Assembly: GCA_965649765.1 (NCBI GenBank)
Contig: OZ287750.1
Span: 54,746,001 to 54,810,000 of the forward strand
DNA from: Bispira polyomma
Taxonomy: Eukaryota
Reading direction: 5' to 3'
DNA: 64,000 nucleotides
Shown here: one piece after another, positions 47,471-59,950 of the stretch
Position numbering within the stretch: the stretch's first letter is position 1
How the letters are laid out: each line of letters opens with the position of its first letter
Translations under genes and position numbers: made by a program
The notes under the pieces: generated by a model
What the model was told of the DNA's origin: nothing
Seen by the model: only the letters and a program-made list of their open reading frames with translations
Database searches by the model: none

Positions 47471-48506
47471 AATAACTTTGATGTACTGCCACCAGCCAAA
47501 ATGTAGCACACGAAAAAGAGGAGAATGGACAGATTAACTGAGGATTATAAGCCAATGGATGATTTAAAAAAGGATAAATTATCTTGAATTATTTCATTTT
47601 GTCATATAAGTTAGAAACTATTTTGAGTTGACAAACACTTGTTCTTTGTCCATTATTCGATGGCTGGAATTTGAGTTTTGTTTGAATCACACGGACACTT
47701 TTTAGTGGGAGCATGGTGTGCAAGGGACCATGGCATAAACTATATAACATTAGCTTGATTAAATATTTAATTAAAAGTATTAAAGATTATTCTGCTGGGT
47801 AACTATGTACCTCCCAAGGCGGCAGAATCTTGAAGCCATTAGTAATTTGTAAGTTAATTTACATAATAACATGGACTTATTTCCTTCTTCTGGACTGTTC
47901 AACTTGTGCTTTATAATTAAGTTTCGATGTTCTCTCAATGTTTCAAATAGATATTATAAAACTGAAGTCTGCAGTTGGTATTGTCTGCAAAACATTTTCC
48001 TCGTATCAGAGCTTTATCTTCTGTCCTCCCCCCCCCCCCCCCCCCCCCCGCTGGCCCACCTGGTTTGATATATTGTGGGTTACTTAATTTACCATCTCAT
48101 TATTATTGGATTTGTTCAGTACTCGTCCATCTTAAAATAAGAGAGTACCGTAGTACTCCTCGAATTTGGTCAGTACTCCTCCATTTACAAATTAAGCAGT
48201 ACCATACTCCCTAAAACAAAAAGATATCTGGAGCACTGTACTAGTTTATATAAATCTAAATATAGATTAACATAGTTTTTTGCAATAAAAGCCCAAGTTC
48301 AAATTACATGGTGTGAATATTTGTTAAATTGTTCATCTCTCACAAAATCTTAAATGTATTGCAATAAATGCAATAAATGTTGTTTTGACCGCTACTCGGT
48401 TCCACAAAATACAATCCAGGAGGAAGAGCCAAGGACGGGTACCCAGGACTGCAACTCACAATATATAATTTATGATATATTAAATTTAACTGGCTTCTTG
48501 TGGCTA

Positions 48507-50318
48507 CTAACTTAGTAGTTGATTTCCACGGTTTCTCTGAGAGACCAGGTAGACCCTTCCATCATGACAGTCGTAAAGTTTGATCCCAATCCACTTATAA
48601 TACCAGCCCAGGCACCAGCTAAACCTACCCTCTATTGTGGTGACCAGTGCAAGCCTATTCAGTGTGAGAATGAGTTTCTGATGTTCTGCTATGTTCGAGG
48701 CTGAAATAGCCATGACTGCAACCAGGAAGTTAATCAACGTGACGGCAACTAAAAATGTGAAGACCAGATGAAGTGAATACAGAATTCCTATGTTTGTGAT
48801 GTTAAAGGCAGTCAGATCCACCATGTTTAGCATGATACGGAAGATGGTATATGTGGTTTTAAAGACACTGTTGAAGTCTTCAATGCATCCTTCATTAGAG
48901 TTTTGATTTACGAATGTTGCAACCACATGGATGAATGGTAAAATAATGATAAAGTATAGTGTCATAAAGTGGCCCATATCTCTAATCATCCCTTGTATGC
49001 CAATGATAGAAGAACCAACCACTGGTAGGAGATGAATGAAGTAAAATATTGACCAAACACACATAATAGGGATGACTACTTTGGTAATATCTATCACTAA
49101 AATTACAGCATCATTCGCACCATTGTTAGATCTTGTCATAAGTAATGGAACACATATTAAAACAAAACAATACATCAAACACTGGCAAACTCTGTAAAAC
49201 ATGGCGTTAATAATTAATTGCTTTTTTCCAAGCAAGTATTTTACAGGCTTATCCCAACCTCTAAATTTAAACCGAATGGTGTCAACAATATTAAATATCA
49301 TGATTGCAACAGCAGCAGTAAATAATATAACAGTCAAGCAAATCCTAAACTCCTTTGATAGTATAACTTCCAAGTCAGGGCATGTATACTCAGTAATATT
49401 CTCTGGGTAAAGGTTTTGCATATAACTTATATCAATATCAAAGATAAAGAAGGCCAACATAAAGCTGAATCTGATGAGAAACCAAAAAACTGCAGGTAAC
49501 AAGTTTTGTTTACTCTTGACAGCTATCCAGACAGTAAATAAAGGTCCAAACACTATACTGGCAACCATTGGATCTGTCAGCTTTTCCTTCTGTAAATATG
49601 CAATATACCGAAGAGGAGATTTATTCTTACGACTTCCTGTTTCATACTCAGTGATATCATGCCATTGGTAGACAATTATTCCTCGTATGTCTTCACAAGC
49701 TAAATAGATGTCTTTAGTTTCGAATATAGCCTTGACCAGTTGCAGTGTTCCCTGTTGAGCTGCATACTCCAATGGCCTCAGGCCATCATCATTTTCACCT
49801 TTAAGTAACTCTACCATGTGCTCCTTAGCAGTCTGAGACAGTAGCCACTGAAACATGGTGCACATTTTTTCTTCCAATGTTGGATGATACGTAGACATAG
49901 AAACAAGACTGTGGAGAACATTATGATTGGTACTGTCTTTTGTCAAGATATTAACTCCATAGTTAATCATCACTTCTACAGCATGCTTAGCGCCCGCACC
50001 CACAGCTAGGTGCAATGGAAGTGACACTTTGTACCGATGCTTTCCAAATACACCAATAAAACAATCATCCCGAAAGTCAAAAGGACAGTTCAGTAAGACA
50101 TTCAACTCTGCAGCCTCTGTACATGATTTGAGGGCCTTTTCAACTTCCTGTGCATTATCAGATATGAGGCCGTCAAAGTAGTCCTGGTGCATATGTATTG
50201 GTATGCTTGAGTCTAAAGTTTTTTCTTTGTTCTCTTTAGATTGATGCAGTTGATCAGTTGTTGTATCTCTCTTCAATTTACCAACTCTTACTGAAGCTGC
50301 AGAAGATACTTTTGCCAT
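48507..50318 (-). CDS. TRPV-like cation channel, paralog 4 (603 aa)
   Basis: Intact ORF ending QLLS followed by TAG TAG; the downstream sequence still reads PQEAS as in paralog 3. Confidence 0.9.
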   Translation of the reverse strand: MAKVSSAASVRVGKLKRDTTTDQLHQSKENKEKTLDSSIPIHMHQDYFDGLISDNAQEVEKALKSCTEAAELNVLLNCPFDFRDDCFIGVFGKHRYKVSLPLHLAVGAGAKHAVEVMINYGVNILTKDSTNHNVLHSLVSMSTYHPTLEEKMCTMFQWLLSQTAKEHMVELLKGENDDGLRPLEYAAQQGTLQLVKAIFETKDIYLACEDIRGIIVYQWHDITEYETGSRKNKSPLRYIAYLQKEKLTDPMVASIVFGPLFTVWIAVKSKQNLLPAVFWFLIRFSFMLAFFIFDIDISYMQNLYPENITEYTCPDLEVILSKEFRICLTVILFTAAVAIMIFNIVDTIRFKFRGWDKPVKYLLGKKQLIINAMFYRVCQCLMYCFVLICVPLLMTRSNNGANDAVILVIDITKVVIPIMCVWSIFYFIHLLPVVGSSIIGIQGMIRDMGHFMTLYFIIILPFIHVVATFVNQNSNEGCIEDFNSVFKTTYTIFRIMLNMVDLTAFNITNIGILYSLHLVFTFLVAVTLINFLVAVMAISASNIAEHQKLILTLNRLALVTTIEGRFSWCLGWYYKWIGIKLYDCHDGRVYLVSQRNRGNQLLS

Positions 50319-50513
50319 AGTTTTATAATAGCAATTGCCAACACAAATCTAAGCAAACTGCTTTGAAAATGTTACCGTCTTTCACAATTTTGGTGTAATA
50401 GAGATTACCTGATATGTGTTAACTCCTGTAACCTAAAAGTAAAGATTCATTAGCAGCAAATTAATGCATCAGTGAAAATATCCAGCCATAATTCATAACA
50501 TCAATATTATTGT

Positions 50514-50647
50514 GCGCGCTCTGTGGTGCTGACCCTTTTCTGTCCCTTGATTTCGGAAATTGGATTACTGTCTTTTGTGCTGGTGCGCCTTAGAGTCCCC
50601 TTTGTTAAGGGGAGATTAAGCGCGATAAAAGTCTAATTACAATTACA
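50514..50647 (+). mobile_element. Severely 5'-truncated L2 insertion (3' UTR only) with 8-bp TSD
   Basis: Reverse complement of ~59951-60083; stem-loop CCCCTT-TGTT-AAGGGG; (ATTACA)n tail; TSD ATTATTGT at 50506 and 50648; absent upstream of paralog 3. Confidence 0.88.
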
Positions 50648-51654
50648 ATTATTGTTGAGAGTGTAAATTGTCCTCTGTTCCCCTGGTCAACAGAATCCCA
50701 AATTTGAGTTTTGCTCAAACCAACTTGTGAGCAAATTATTTTAAATTTGTCACAAAATGAGATGAGTATACTATACTGATATGCACATATTCAACAGCAA
50801 TTATTATCTGAGGTAATTATCGATTTGTCAGTTTGATGCTGTATAGGCGTCATTACATCAAATATTTATTGATGTTTCTGGATCAGCGAATAATTGCCAA
50901 GTCGAAACTTTGCATAACAACAGTAACAACTAAATTAATAGGGAACATTCCATAGCCATCAATGGCTAAATGGAAATTATTGTTCTGATTGGATATCTTG
51001 GCAACAACAAAACAGATTATTGTATTGTGACATTTCATGGAACCCTTTTGTTGTGAAATAGTTCATAAGTGAACTCCAACGTAAACTGCAATTATAGATT
51101 GTTTTTTATTGCAATGATAGATTTTGTAAGTAGAATTGTAAATAGAAAGTTGTTTGAAATATGAGTTTTAATCGAATTCTACCTTTATTCAGATATTCCC
51201 ATACAGAAGTTAATTCCTGCATAAACTGCATACCTTAAGCATATTATCACCCTTATCCTGCACAACCTCAAACTTTACAAAATCTCCTTACATGCATTTA
51301 CCACACGTCAGCTTTTTTTACTGCTATTACAGTAAATTTCACTTGGCTGTTTTTGCCAAAGAATAATTTATACTATGCAGAACGACAATTTTGTATAATT
51401 GGATACCAAAGGTAAACAAATTGCTCTGATCAGTGTAATATTTATGACCTATGAATAATTAAGCTCCCCTTTAAAAAATGTCCTCCAATTCAAGCTTAGA
51501 CTTGAAAATATTGTATCATCGATCATTTAAAAACCAAGCATTTTGACTTAAACAAGTTCACTGTTGACGTAAAATTTACACATCAGTAAATTTTTAAAAA
51601 TTTTAATCTATTTATCCAAATTTGCTCATTTATATCTATTGTCCTTAAAAGCAA

Positions 51655-52520
51655 GGACAATGATCAACCTAGCCCTTTGGGAGAGGTTATTGTTTTCGGT
51701 CTGTGTGTTTGTGTGTTTGTCTGTGTACAAAGCAGTATTACACAAAATCTACTGTATCAAGTGCATTCAAATTTACAGATACGTTTCAAAATGGGTACCT
51801 CTACATTTGTGCCAAATTTCATACAAATCGGTTGTGAGCTGTAGCTTTAAGACAAGATTTCCTTTTTTATATACAAAACTACCACTGAAGATCTGTTTGT
51901 GGGCATACACCTTAAATCATGGTAAAATTCTGTGTATACCATGCTTTGACAGGTGTTATTGCTATATTTTAAGCTTTAGAAAAGGTGCGTATTCTTCACG
52001 TCATCCATACGTCATCAACACACTATTTCAGATTATGACGTCACAATCTAGCACTACTGGTAGTGTACGTCTCCGATGTAATATATAAAGTATATCAGCC
52101 AGAAACAGCCCATTATACGGCTATGGAAATGGTGTGTATATTTAACATAATTACGCTGACTTCACATTTTGAAGTGAAATACACCTTGCAATAAAATGAG
52201 CCGTTTCTGGCTGATATATTCTATATATTAACCCCAATATGACGTCACAAACTAGCACTAATGGTAGTGTACATCCCAATGTAAAATATGGAGTATATCA
52301 ACCATTTATTGCATGTAAGGTGTACAATACTTAGGGTTATTATGTTAAATATATATACCCCATTTCTATTTAATTTTTAGAAATAATAACATAATCCTAA
52401 CTTGATATTTGAAAGTAAACTACACCCTACTCCATATATTAACCCGTATCGCAAATTTGCGAGACCGTGATTGAAATTGTGGGCGAGGTTTTACAGTCTC
52501 TGACTGCTATTTCTTGTTCT
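51655..52520 (+). mobile_element. HINE/DINE-like non-autonomous element with internal repeats
   Basis: GAGAGGTTATTGTTTT, (GTTT/GTCT) microsatellite, duplicated ATGACGTCACAAWCTAGCACTAMTGGTAGTGTAC, end CAGTCTCTGACTG hairpin-CTATTTCTTGTT. Confidence 0.6.
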
Positions 52521-55094
52521 TATTTGTACTTATGTTTGTCCTTTTTCATGTATTTACTTATGTTTGTCCTTTTTCATGTATTTTTCACACAACACGAACT
52601 TACCATTAAGTTAAAAGATACACATTATTAATATTTTGAAAAATTCCATTCAGTAAGCCCAAGGTGGTTTCCAAGTGTTAGTTTTTGTGCGCCGTATGTG
52701 GCAGCATGCCTAGTATGCTTTCCGAGGGAGCTGAAACTCAACAATGGTTGACAAGTGGAAGAACCGAGGTTTTGGGTGTAAACTATAATGTCGGCTGCGA
52801 TCTCAATAGAGGTGATATCAGACTAAACCTATACACATTTACACTTAACATCAACATTTTTAAACATTTATCTTCACAATATATTGTAGGATCACCCCTT
52901 CATCATTTACAAAATCCTTGATCTGTTTCGGGAGGACGAAGTGCAGAGATATGGGTAGGGATGTCATCGTGTACCGTGATATAGTGAAATCATTGAGAGA
53001 AGGTATAAGTTTAGGTATTGTGATTACAGTTTTGAAATCGTGATATTGTGAGGACTTTCCAATTCAATTCTTGTTTTAGACACTTGGATGCAAACCTCTA
53101 AATTTAATGCATCAGTTCATTGATTTTAGAGCAATGTATAGATTAAAACGGAAAAACGTCACCAAGCAGAGCATAAAACTGTCGATATTTTCTATAATAT
53201 AACCAAAAATCGACCAATAATCTTACAATGTAAATAAATGACGCCAACAAACATTTTGGAAATGATTTTATGTACATATATTTAATCGTGATATTATCAT
53301 GAAAATCTGGTGATATTGTGATGCCAGTTTTGACTGGCGATGACCTCACTAGACATGCGGGTTGTCAAAACTGCTTGGGTGACCTTAAACACTGTTTCCC
53401 CAACACATCTCTGAAGTAAGCTAGTATCTTGTTAGCTCCAACCTGTAATCCTTTTTTCTCCTTTTATTTCAATACATATCATTCTGCTGTCATCAGCGTT
53501 CAGACTGTAAATGTTAATTGATCTGGAACATAACATTTTTTATTTTGATTTATTTTAATTTTGTTGTGAAGAATATTGTATCATAACAGACAATCTATTG
53601 GTGGAGGGAACCTGTACAGTTTTTATTGTCAAGATTACTGCACTGTAAACCACCAACTTTCACCAGATCTACTGCCAGCTTCCCCACATACATGTCATGC
53701 CAAAGTAGTCAAACCCCAACTGAAGAGATTGTAAGCAAGTGTTTTACCAAATAGACCACCGTTGACCAACAAGATTGTTGAAGATGTTGCAGATGAGATA
53801 TGTGTCAGGTATCCTTTTTTCCTGTTCCTGATTCATACCTGTTTTCGTGAAATTTTACTATAAAAGAGTCATAGATATGTGTTAAATATATGTGGTATGG
53901 GTCAGAGATATTTTATGTGTCATTTTGTTGTCAATACCACAATATTTGTGTTAAAATATCAATAATTCTTGGAGATATTAACTATTATTTTCAGGGTGGG
54001 GCATTAACTTTTGGTAGGCCCTAACTGTTACAGTGCCAGTAGTCAAGTTTCTATGCACGAAAGTATTATGGCTACATGGGTGCAAAGTGTATGAACAGGC
54101 ACGGATCACAGACAGGTCTAAACAATACCTTGAAGAACACTTTGAGCAAGATCGGCTTTGTAAGCGGCGTGTGTCACTTGCGAGGATTCAGGGGCCGAAA
54201 GACTAGAATTTAATCCGAGGATACAAAATATATCCTCGCTGAGTAATTTCACTCCGGGCAGAAGGACTCAGATTTCAAAGATTGCGGCAACTGAATGTTG
54301 TGGTCGGTAATTTACCAGACTTAAGAAAACAAAATAAAGTTATTAAAAAGACTACTAATTGACTGGAGATGTTGTTTAAATTATGTTTGTAAATGTTTTT
54401 TTAGGTTTTTATGCCATATTTCTTTTTAAATTCATGAATCCTCGGATTTAATCCGATTTGTTTGGCTTCACAACGCAGATTAAACAATTTGCGCATGCGC
54501 AAGATTTCTCCGAGGATTAACAGACGTATGAGGCGGATCTCGCTCTTTAAAAGAAAATGTAGCAGCCATATGCATGATCAAGTTTATTTTCAACAAGCAA
54601 TGAAAATACAACACATTTGTCAAACAGTATCAATGGAAAAATATAAATAAGCAAATGTACAATTGAAATAAGATCTGTATTGAACACCATCCTACCAACC
54701 CTCCATCCTTATTATAGTCTCATCATTACTAGCAAAAAACAAAAACAATGCCCTTGTCAGAAATATATATATAAAAAAAAAAGAATAAAATACATATCAC
54801 AATAAACAGTTGCATTTTTTTTTTTACCAACATTCATCTTCAAAACGGTTCTTCGAACCAAGAGATCCTTTTAAATGTTTCTAAAATACATAAAAAAAAC
54901 CATGTACAAATATACATTTATACATGTAAATATCTAAATTGTCTCAACCCATTCTAGCTACCACTTGCATGGACACATTGTGTGTTGTGGTTTGTGGGTG
55001 GGTCTATATAAGCGTCCAATTTTCTATTATGCACTAATTTAGAACAACAAATAAAACCTGTTACGTCATAATGTCCTCCTCTAGGTTGTTGCAT

Positions 55095-55288
55095 TCAATG
55101 ACACCCACACGAATCTACGACCATTTTCTCCAAGGTTTTCCTCACCATTAACCCATTCTGGTTATAATAGAGCACTGTTTGTGAGGACAGCTTATTTGGT
55201 GCACAACAGGGCGCCTTGCCCCGTTCCTCGAAAGCCCTGGATTGCATAATCACACTGACAAAGGGTCCACTGGCCATATTCAGTGTTT
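55095..55288 (-). CDS. TGF-beta/activin-family ligand, last coding exon
   Basis: Acceptor TTTTTCTATAG at 55289; the phase-1 junction gives ...QHP-E-TLNMASG...PCCAPNKLS...MVVDSCGCH-stop. Confidence 0.9.
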
Positions 55289-57154
55289 CTATAGAAAAAT
55301 ATGCATAAACAGCAAGAGAATATTATTACTAAAGTATTACTTTGACATAGAAGCTCTTTTATCTGAATTTTATTTTCATAAAAACCAATCTTGTATTTTA
55401 CAAGCTTTCTATTTTCAAGCAAGGTTATTTTAAATACAGAAGCTCTTTTATCGGAACTTTTTATTTCAACACTAAATGTAAGTTGGTAACAGCTTTCGTG
55501 TATCTTTCAAGGTTAAGGGGAATGAGCTATTGTAAGTGTGCTAAAGGAACATCAGAAAAAAGACTTATCTTGGATAATATTATGAATTCTGCCAAGAAGG
55601 TTATGCTTTTGCCCAAGTCCATTTGGTTTGTCAACAGGTTTATACAAAAGCTAACAACAAATGAGTGACATCCAATCTCTTTGGAATGGATATAGGTAGA
55701 ATGGCGGATCCAGGTGAATGTTTGGGACTGTAGTGTCTCGGTGGAGTGCCAAAGCGGTCTACTGATTATAGGGACATATTGACTAACTAGGATATCTCAT
55801 TATGGAATATACTGCACCAGAAATTACTTCTACTACAGAATTTCACAGGGTCATTCAAAAACTTACCAGTTATTTTAAAGTGTACAAGAATGACATTTAT
55901 TTTTGAAAGAGTAAATAATAATTTCATTGGTGTAAAGTTTAAAAACACTTAAAAACAATGTAAGTAAGAACTTAGTAAAAGTAACAAAAAGGGGAAAAAC
56001 TATTATATTAAATCAAACAAAAAGTGTAGATTTTTATAAGTTCTACTACTACAGTCTAAAATATCTTAAACTTTACATGTATAACTAATTATTTATAATG
56101 TACTACATAAAGTACAGCTCTGGTCAAGTAACCGGAATAATAGTATACTAAAAATAATAGAACTTTCATATATACAGTATACTAAATACTATAAATTAAA
56201 AATCGATGTATCGGCACCAGGTTCATATATTCAAATAAAACATCTTAAAATAAAATTTTAAATTCTATTCATAATAAAAACTTTCAAAATTAAACATTTT
56301 ACATCTTAACTAATTATAGATATAATAATTTATAAAATTAGGAGCCTGTTGGCTTTAAATTAAGGTTCACTCATACCTATGAGGTCACCATGGCTTAAAT
56401 AGAATAAGTAATATGGTGTGTCAAAATTGGCAACAGGTACCTGTCATTAATTCTTTAAAATCAAAAATTTACAATTTTAATTAGCTAAGTAATTGCTAAT
56501 TCCCATTCTCAAAACTCATGGTACCTAGTGTCCTTGTTAGCGTGACCTTAGTCATTAAAGGTCACCCCAGAAATGTTTTAATAAAGTAAATGTCTTGTGT
56601 TGTACCCATGATGCAGTACTAGTTAAATTAAATTTTATACTCCCAATACTCAATGTACTCATTAGTCACACAAGGTCACCCATATTCTGACCCTTAAGAA
56701 GTTGGCAAAATACTTAATATATACACAATGCATATGCTTCTAAGTTGTATTTGAGAAGGTAATTTTCACATCTATTGATACTAATTTTTTCGATTGCCTT
56801 AGATTTCATTTGACAATTTTAGTGCACGTGTTCATAAAGAGTGATCTTATTCACCAGTACATAAGTCTATATTCAGTATGAGGATGGGGCTACCAAGCTA
56901 TGATTTAGCTTTATCAAGTGAGCATCAGAGTAAAAGAAGAATATGTTAAATTTTGGAGCATATCTGGGTAAAAAGATCTATCTAGAAATGTTGAGTCACT
57001 TTTTGGCACTATCTACATTCTTACCCAAACTTCTAAATATTCCTTTAATACAATGAATAGAGCATTCTACAATAAGTGGATACATTATAAAGAATTTTAT
57101 TGTCATTTTGTTCTCATTATAGATAATCGCAAAGAAGAACAGAGAACTGCTTAC

Positions 57155-57739
57155 CGGGGTGCTGTCTAACTGAACATGAGCCGTCACAATAGTTGGGCTG
57201 ATACTCTCTGGGCTCTATAAACGCCTTCAGACCCGCGTCATGGAAGTTGAACTTCAATATTTTCTTACAGCACGATGTCTGGTCGTTTCCACACCAGTGA
57301 GTACGTCTTTTGGACCTCTTTTTAATCTTCTTAAAGTTAAACACCAGAAATGGCTTCTTGTTGCCTTCTATCACAATAGGCGGAGCCTCATCACCGCAAG
57401 TAGGACATGCGATCATCAGGTGACCATCTGAGCCAATCTGATCGGATGGACACCATGGCCCATAACATGCCTTTCTGGCCCATTGCTTGACTTTGTCCCT
57501 TAATGTCACGTCCTTGAATTCTATCCAGCCAGGATCAATCCCTACCCGTTCCGATGCCAGAATGACTGGTTTCGGGTAATGCCGGTCGGATATTTTGGAT
57601 ACCACATAAGTGTGGTTGCTATGGTCGCGGCTTCGTCTTTTATACATCCATAGCTCAACACTGTGGATGTTTCCACGTGAATAGTAACTAGTTAAGTTGA
57701 AGTAGATGCAAATTTCATTATTACGTGCACGAGCTGGTG
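57155..57739 (-). CDS. TGF-beta/activin-family ligand, penultimate coding exon (prodomain, furin site, start of mature domain)
   Basis: Acceptor TTTTTCAG at 57740, CIYFNL...IHSVELWMY, GWIEF.V, PFLV, KKRSKRR, C-x6-CC...NYCDGSC; donor G/GTAAGC at 57154. Upstream exon(s) not found in the window. Confidence 0.9.
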
Positions 57740-59950
57740 CTGAAAAACATGTAAGAAGTTGATTGTTAGATTATGTTTACCTATTTTTTTGCTAAAAAAT
57801 ATACATACATGTACCTTGGGGAATATATGGCAGAGCTTTCTTAAAAAGGATTTCTATCCTGGGTTGTCATAGATCTTTAGATAAATAATGTGCTGATATA
57901 CACGGGTATTACAACAGTCTCACACACCCCTTACACATGTAATTTATGCCAGCCTCTTTAATTGTGACTATAAAATATAAACTTAATTTTAACCAGCCCA
58001 TTGTACAACTAACAGTCCATCTCTAAGACTGCTTGTCAAAATAAAGGTCATAACCCTATCTTAAAGATAGAGAAAATGCTAGGTTGGGATGCAATATTTT
58101 GTACTATGGATCAGCCAAAATAGAATAACACTGATGGCGCAACAACAAACATCTCAAGCATTCAAAGATTTCACTACTGTAGAGTATGGTTGGGACATCA
58201 ATGTAGGCCAGATTATGCTAACTTTGAACAGACAGAAAACTGTCTTGTCTCTTGACGGTTAAAGTTGATTACCGAAGGTTGTTAAAGGTTCTCTGTGCAC
58301 TCTTATTGTTTCATCCAAGAATGACATAGGTTTACTGCAATTGCTAAATATGACAAACGTGAATGTTGGGCATTGACTGAAGGGCCTGTCTCACAAATTC
58401 TCTGAATCACCACTCCTATATTAAGCATGCACCATTCTACCACCTCTTAAATATACACAATTTGTAATTTAGGACTGATATTTGGTCATCAGTAACAGTC
58501 GTGACTCAGTTCGTGAATGTGGGACACTAGGATAAATTTATCAAAAAACTTATTTATTGTTTTTTTATTTTTTTTTCGCAATATGTACCATTTCACCTAC
58601 AATTTATATATGACATCTGATATGTATTACAAATTTCATATAGTACAACATAGCATTAAATATTTGACATACATCATAAATTTTATACATACAGTCGACC
58701 ATACAGTCCCGTGTCTCTCTGGAACATTTACTATTTTGAAAATTTATCTTTTGATTATCCGTTATATTTTCCCTTGTAGATAGCAATTAGATTTCATACC
58801 AACACTTAATTTCTCATTTTGTAAAATATATACACTCCCATTTTTTCATATTTGATGAAACATATTTTCTTTATTTGATAATTTCGCTAAATATTTCTCA
58901 TCCGTGAACACTTTCTCTAAACTATAACTGAGGCTTCTGAGATTGAGTTCCCGACAATATCGAAATTAATCAAATATATAGTTTTTTAGCAACTAGAATA
59001 AAAAACGTGATGGGAATTCTATTTTAGTCTGCAAATTGATATCCAATAAATGGAGTCAACTTACTTTCTAAAAATGTCTGATAAATGGACAGTCAACAAA
59101 CATGTAGAAAATAGTTTCAATCCTTTTACAATAATGACAATAGGGACTGTCGGTGGTACCAATCTTATATAGATAATTCATTGTACCTAATATTCTATAT
59201 ATCAATCTCAGCTGGAACCATATTAAATTATTATCATTGACTGTTTTAGAACAAATAAAAAATATAGTTCTCTATGTTCAATTATCAATGTTTTGTTCAA
59301 TATCATAAAATCATAAAACTTAGTTATATGACGTTGAACTTGCAGATGGTACCATAAGTTGAATATTGCACTTGTTAAATTTGAGTGTTGATATATAATG
59401 TAACAATTTCTGCTATAAGAACTTATGCTGTCAATGATTTATTATTGGGTGAAGTCGATTTACTACATATTTTCTACCCGCCATGCTTGCCAAATATGAC
59501 GGGCAGTTGTCATTTATCTTTCATTAAGTTAGCCACAGAACCGGGAAATACAGTGAGTGGTTATTTGGTGGATTGTGGCCAGCTGATGTAGAAACAAGAC
59601 TAGCCTTTTAAAAAGGCAGGCCAAAGAGAAGTAAGCTTTATTTAATTATATTCTACACTTTTGTGGGTCTAATCCGGTTCCAAGTGACACTCCAGGCTTT
59701 ATTATTAACCAGATAGGAGAATCCCAGAGGTAAAAAAGGTGTGTTAGCTTTTTGAACATAAAACAATGTATTTTTACATCAATTAAAGCTTTCTTTCATT
59801 TATCCATTGAAATAAAATTCCATCAGTCCACCCATATCAAATAAATATATTAGCCATAAATAGACCGGTCATACGTCATGGTGGCCCCTAGCTAATGCTC
59901 AAGTGAAGTGATTTTCCGATTTTCAGCTTCCTGGTTACAGAGTATTTAAG

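Noticed and set aside
54150-54550. Insertion with repeated CCGAGGAT motifs, possible non-autonomous DNA transposon
   Set aside because: Absent from the duplicate at ~39.8 kb, but no matching terminal repeats or TSD could be defined.
58500-59400. Possible further degraded LINE fragment on the minus strand
   Set aside because: Too decayed to assign motifs reliably by eye.
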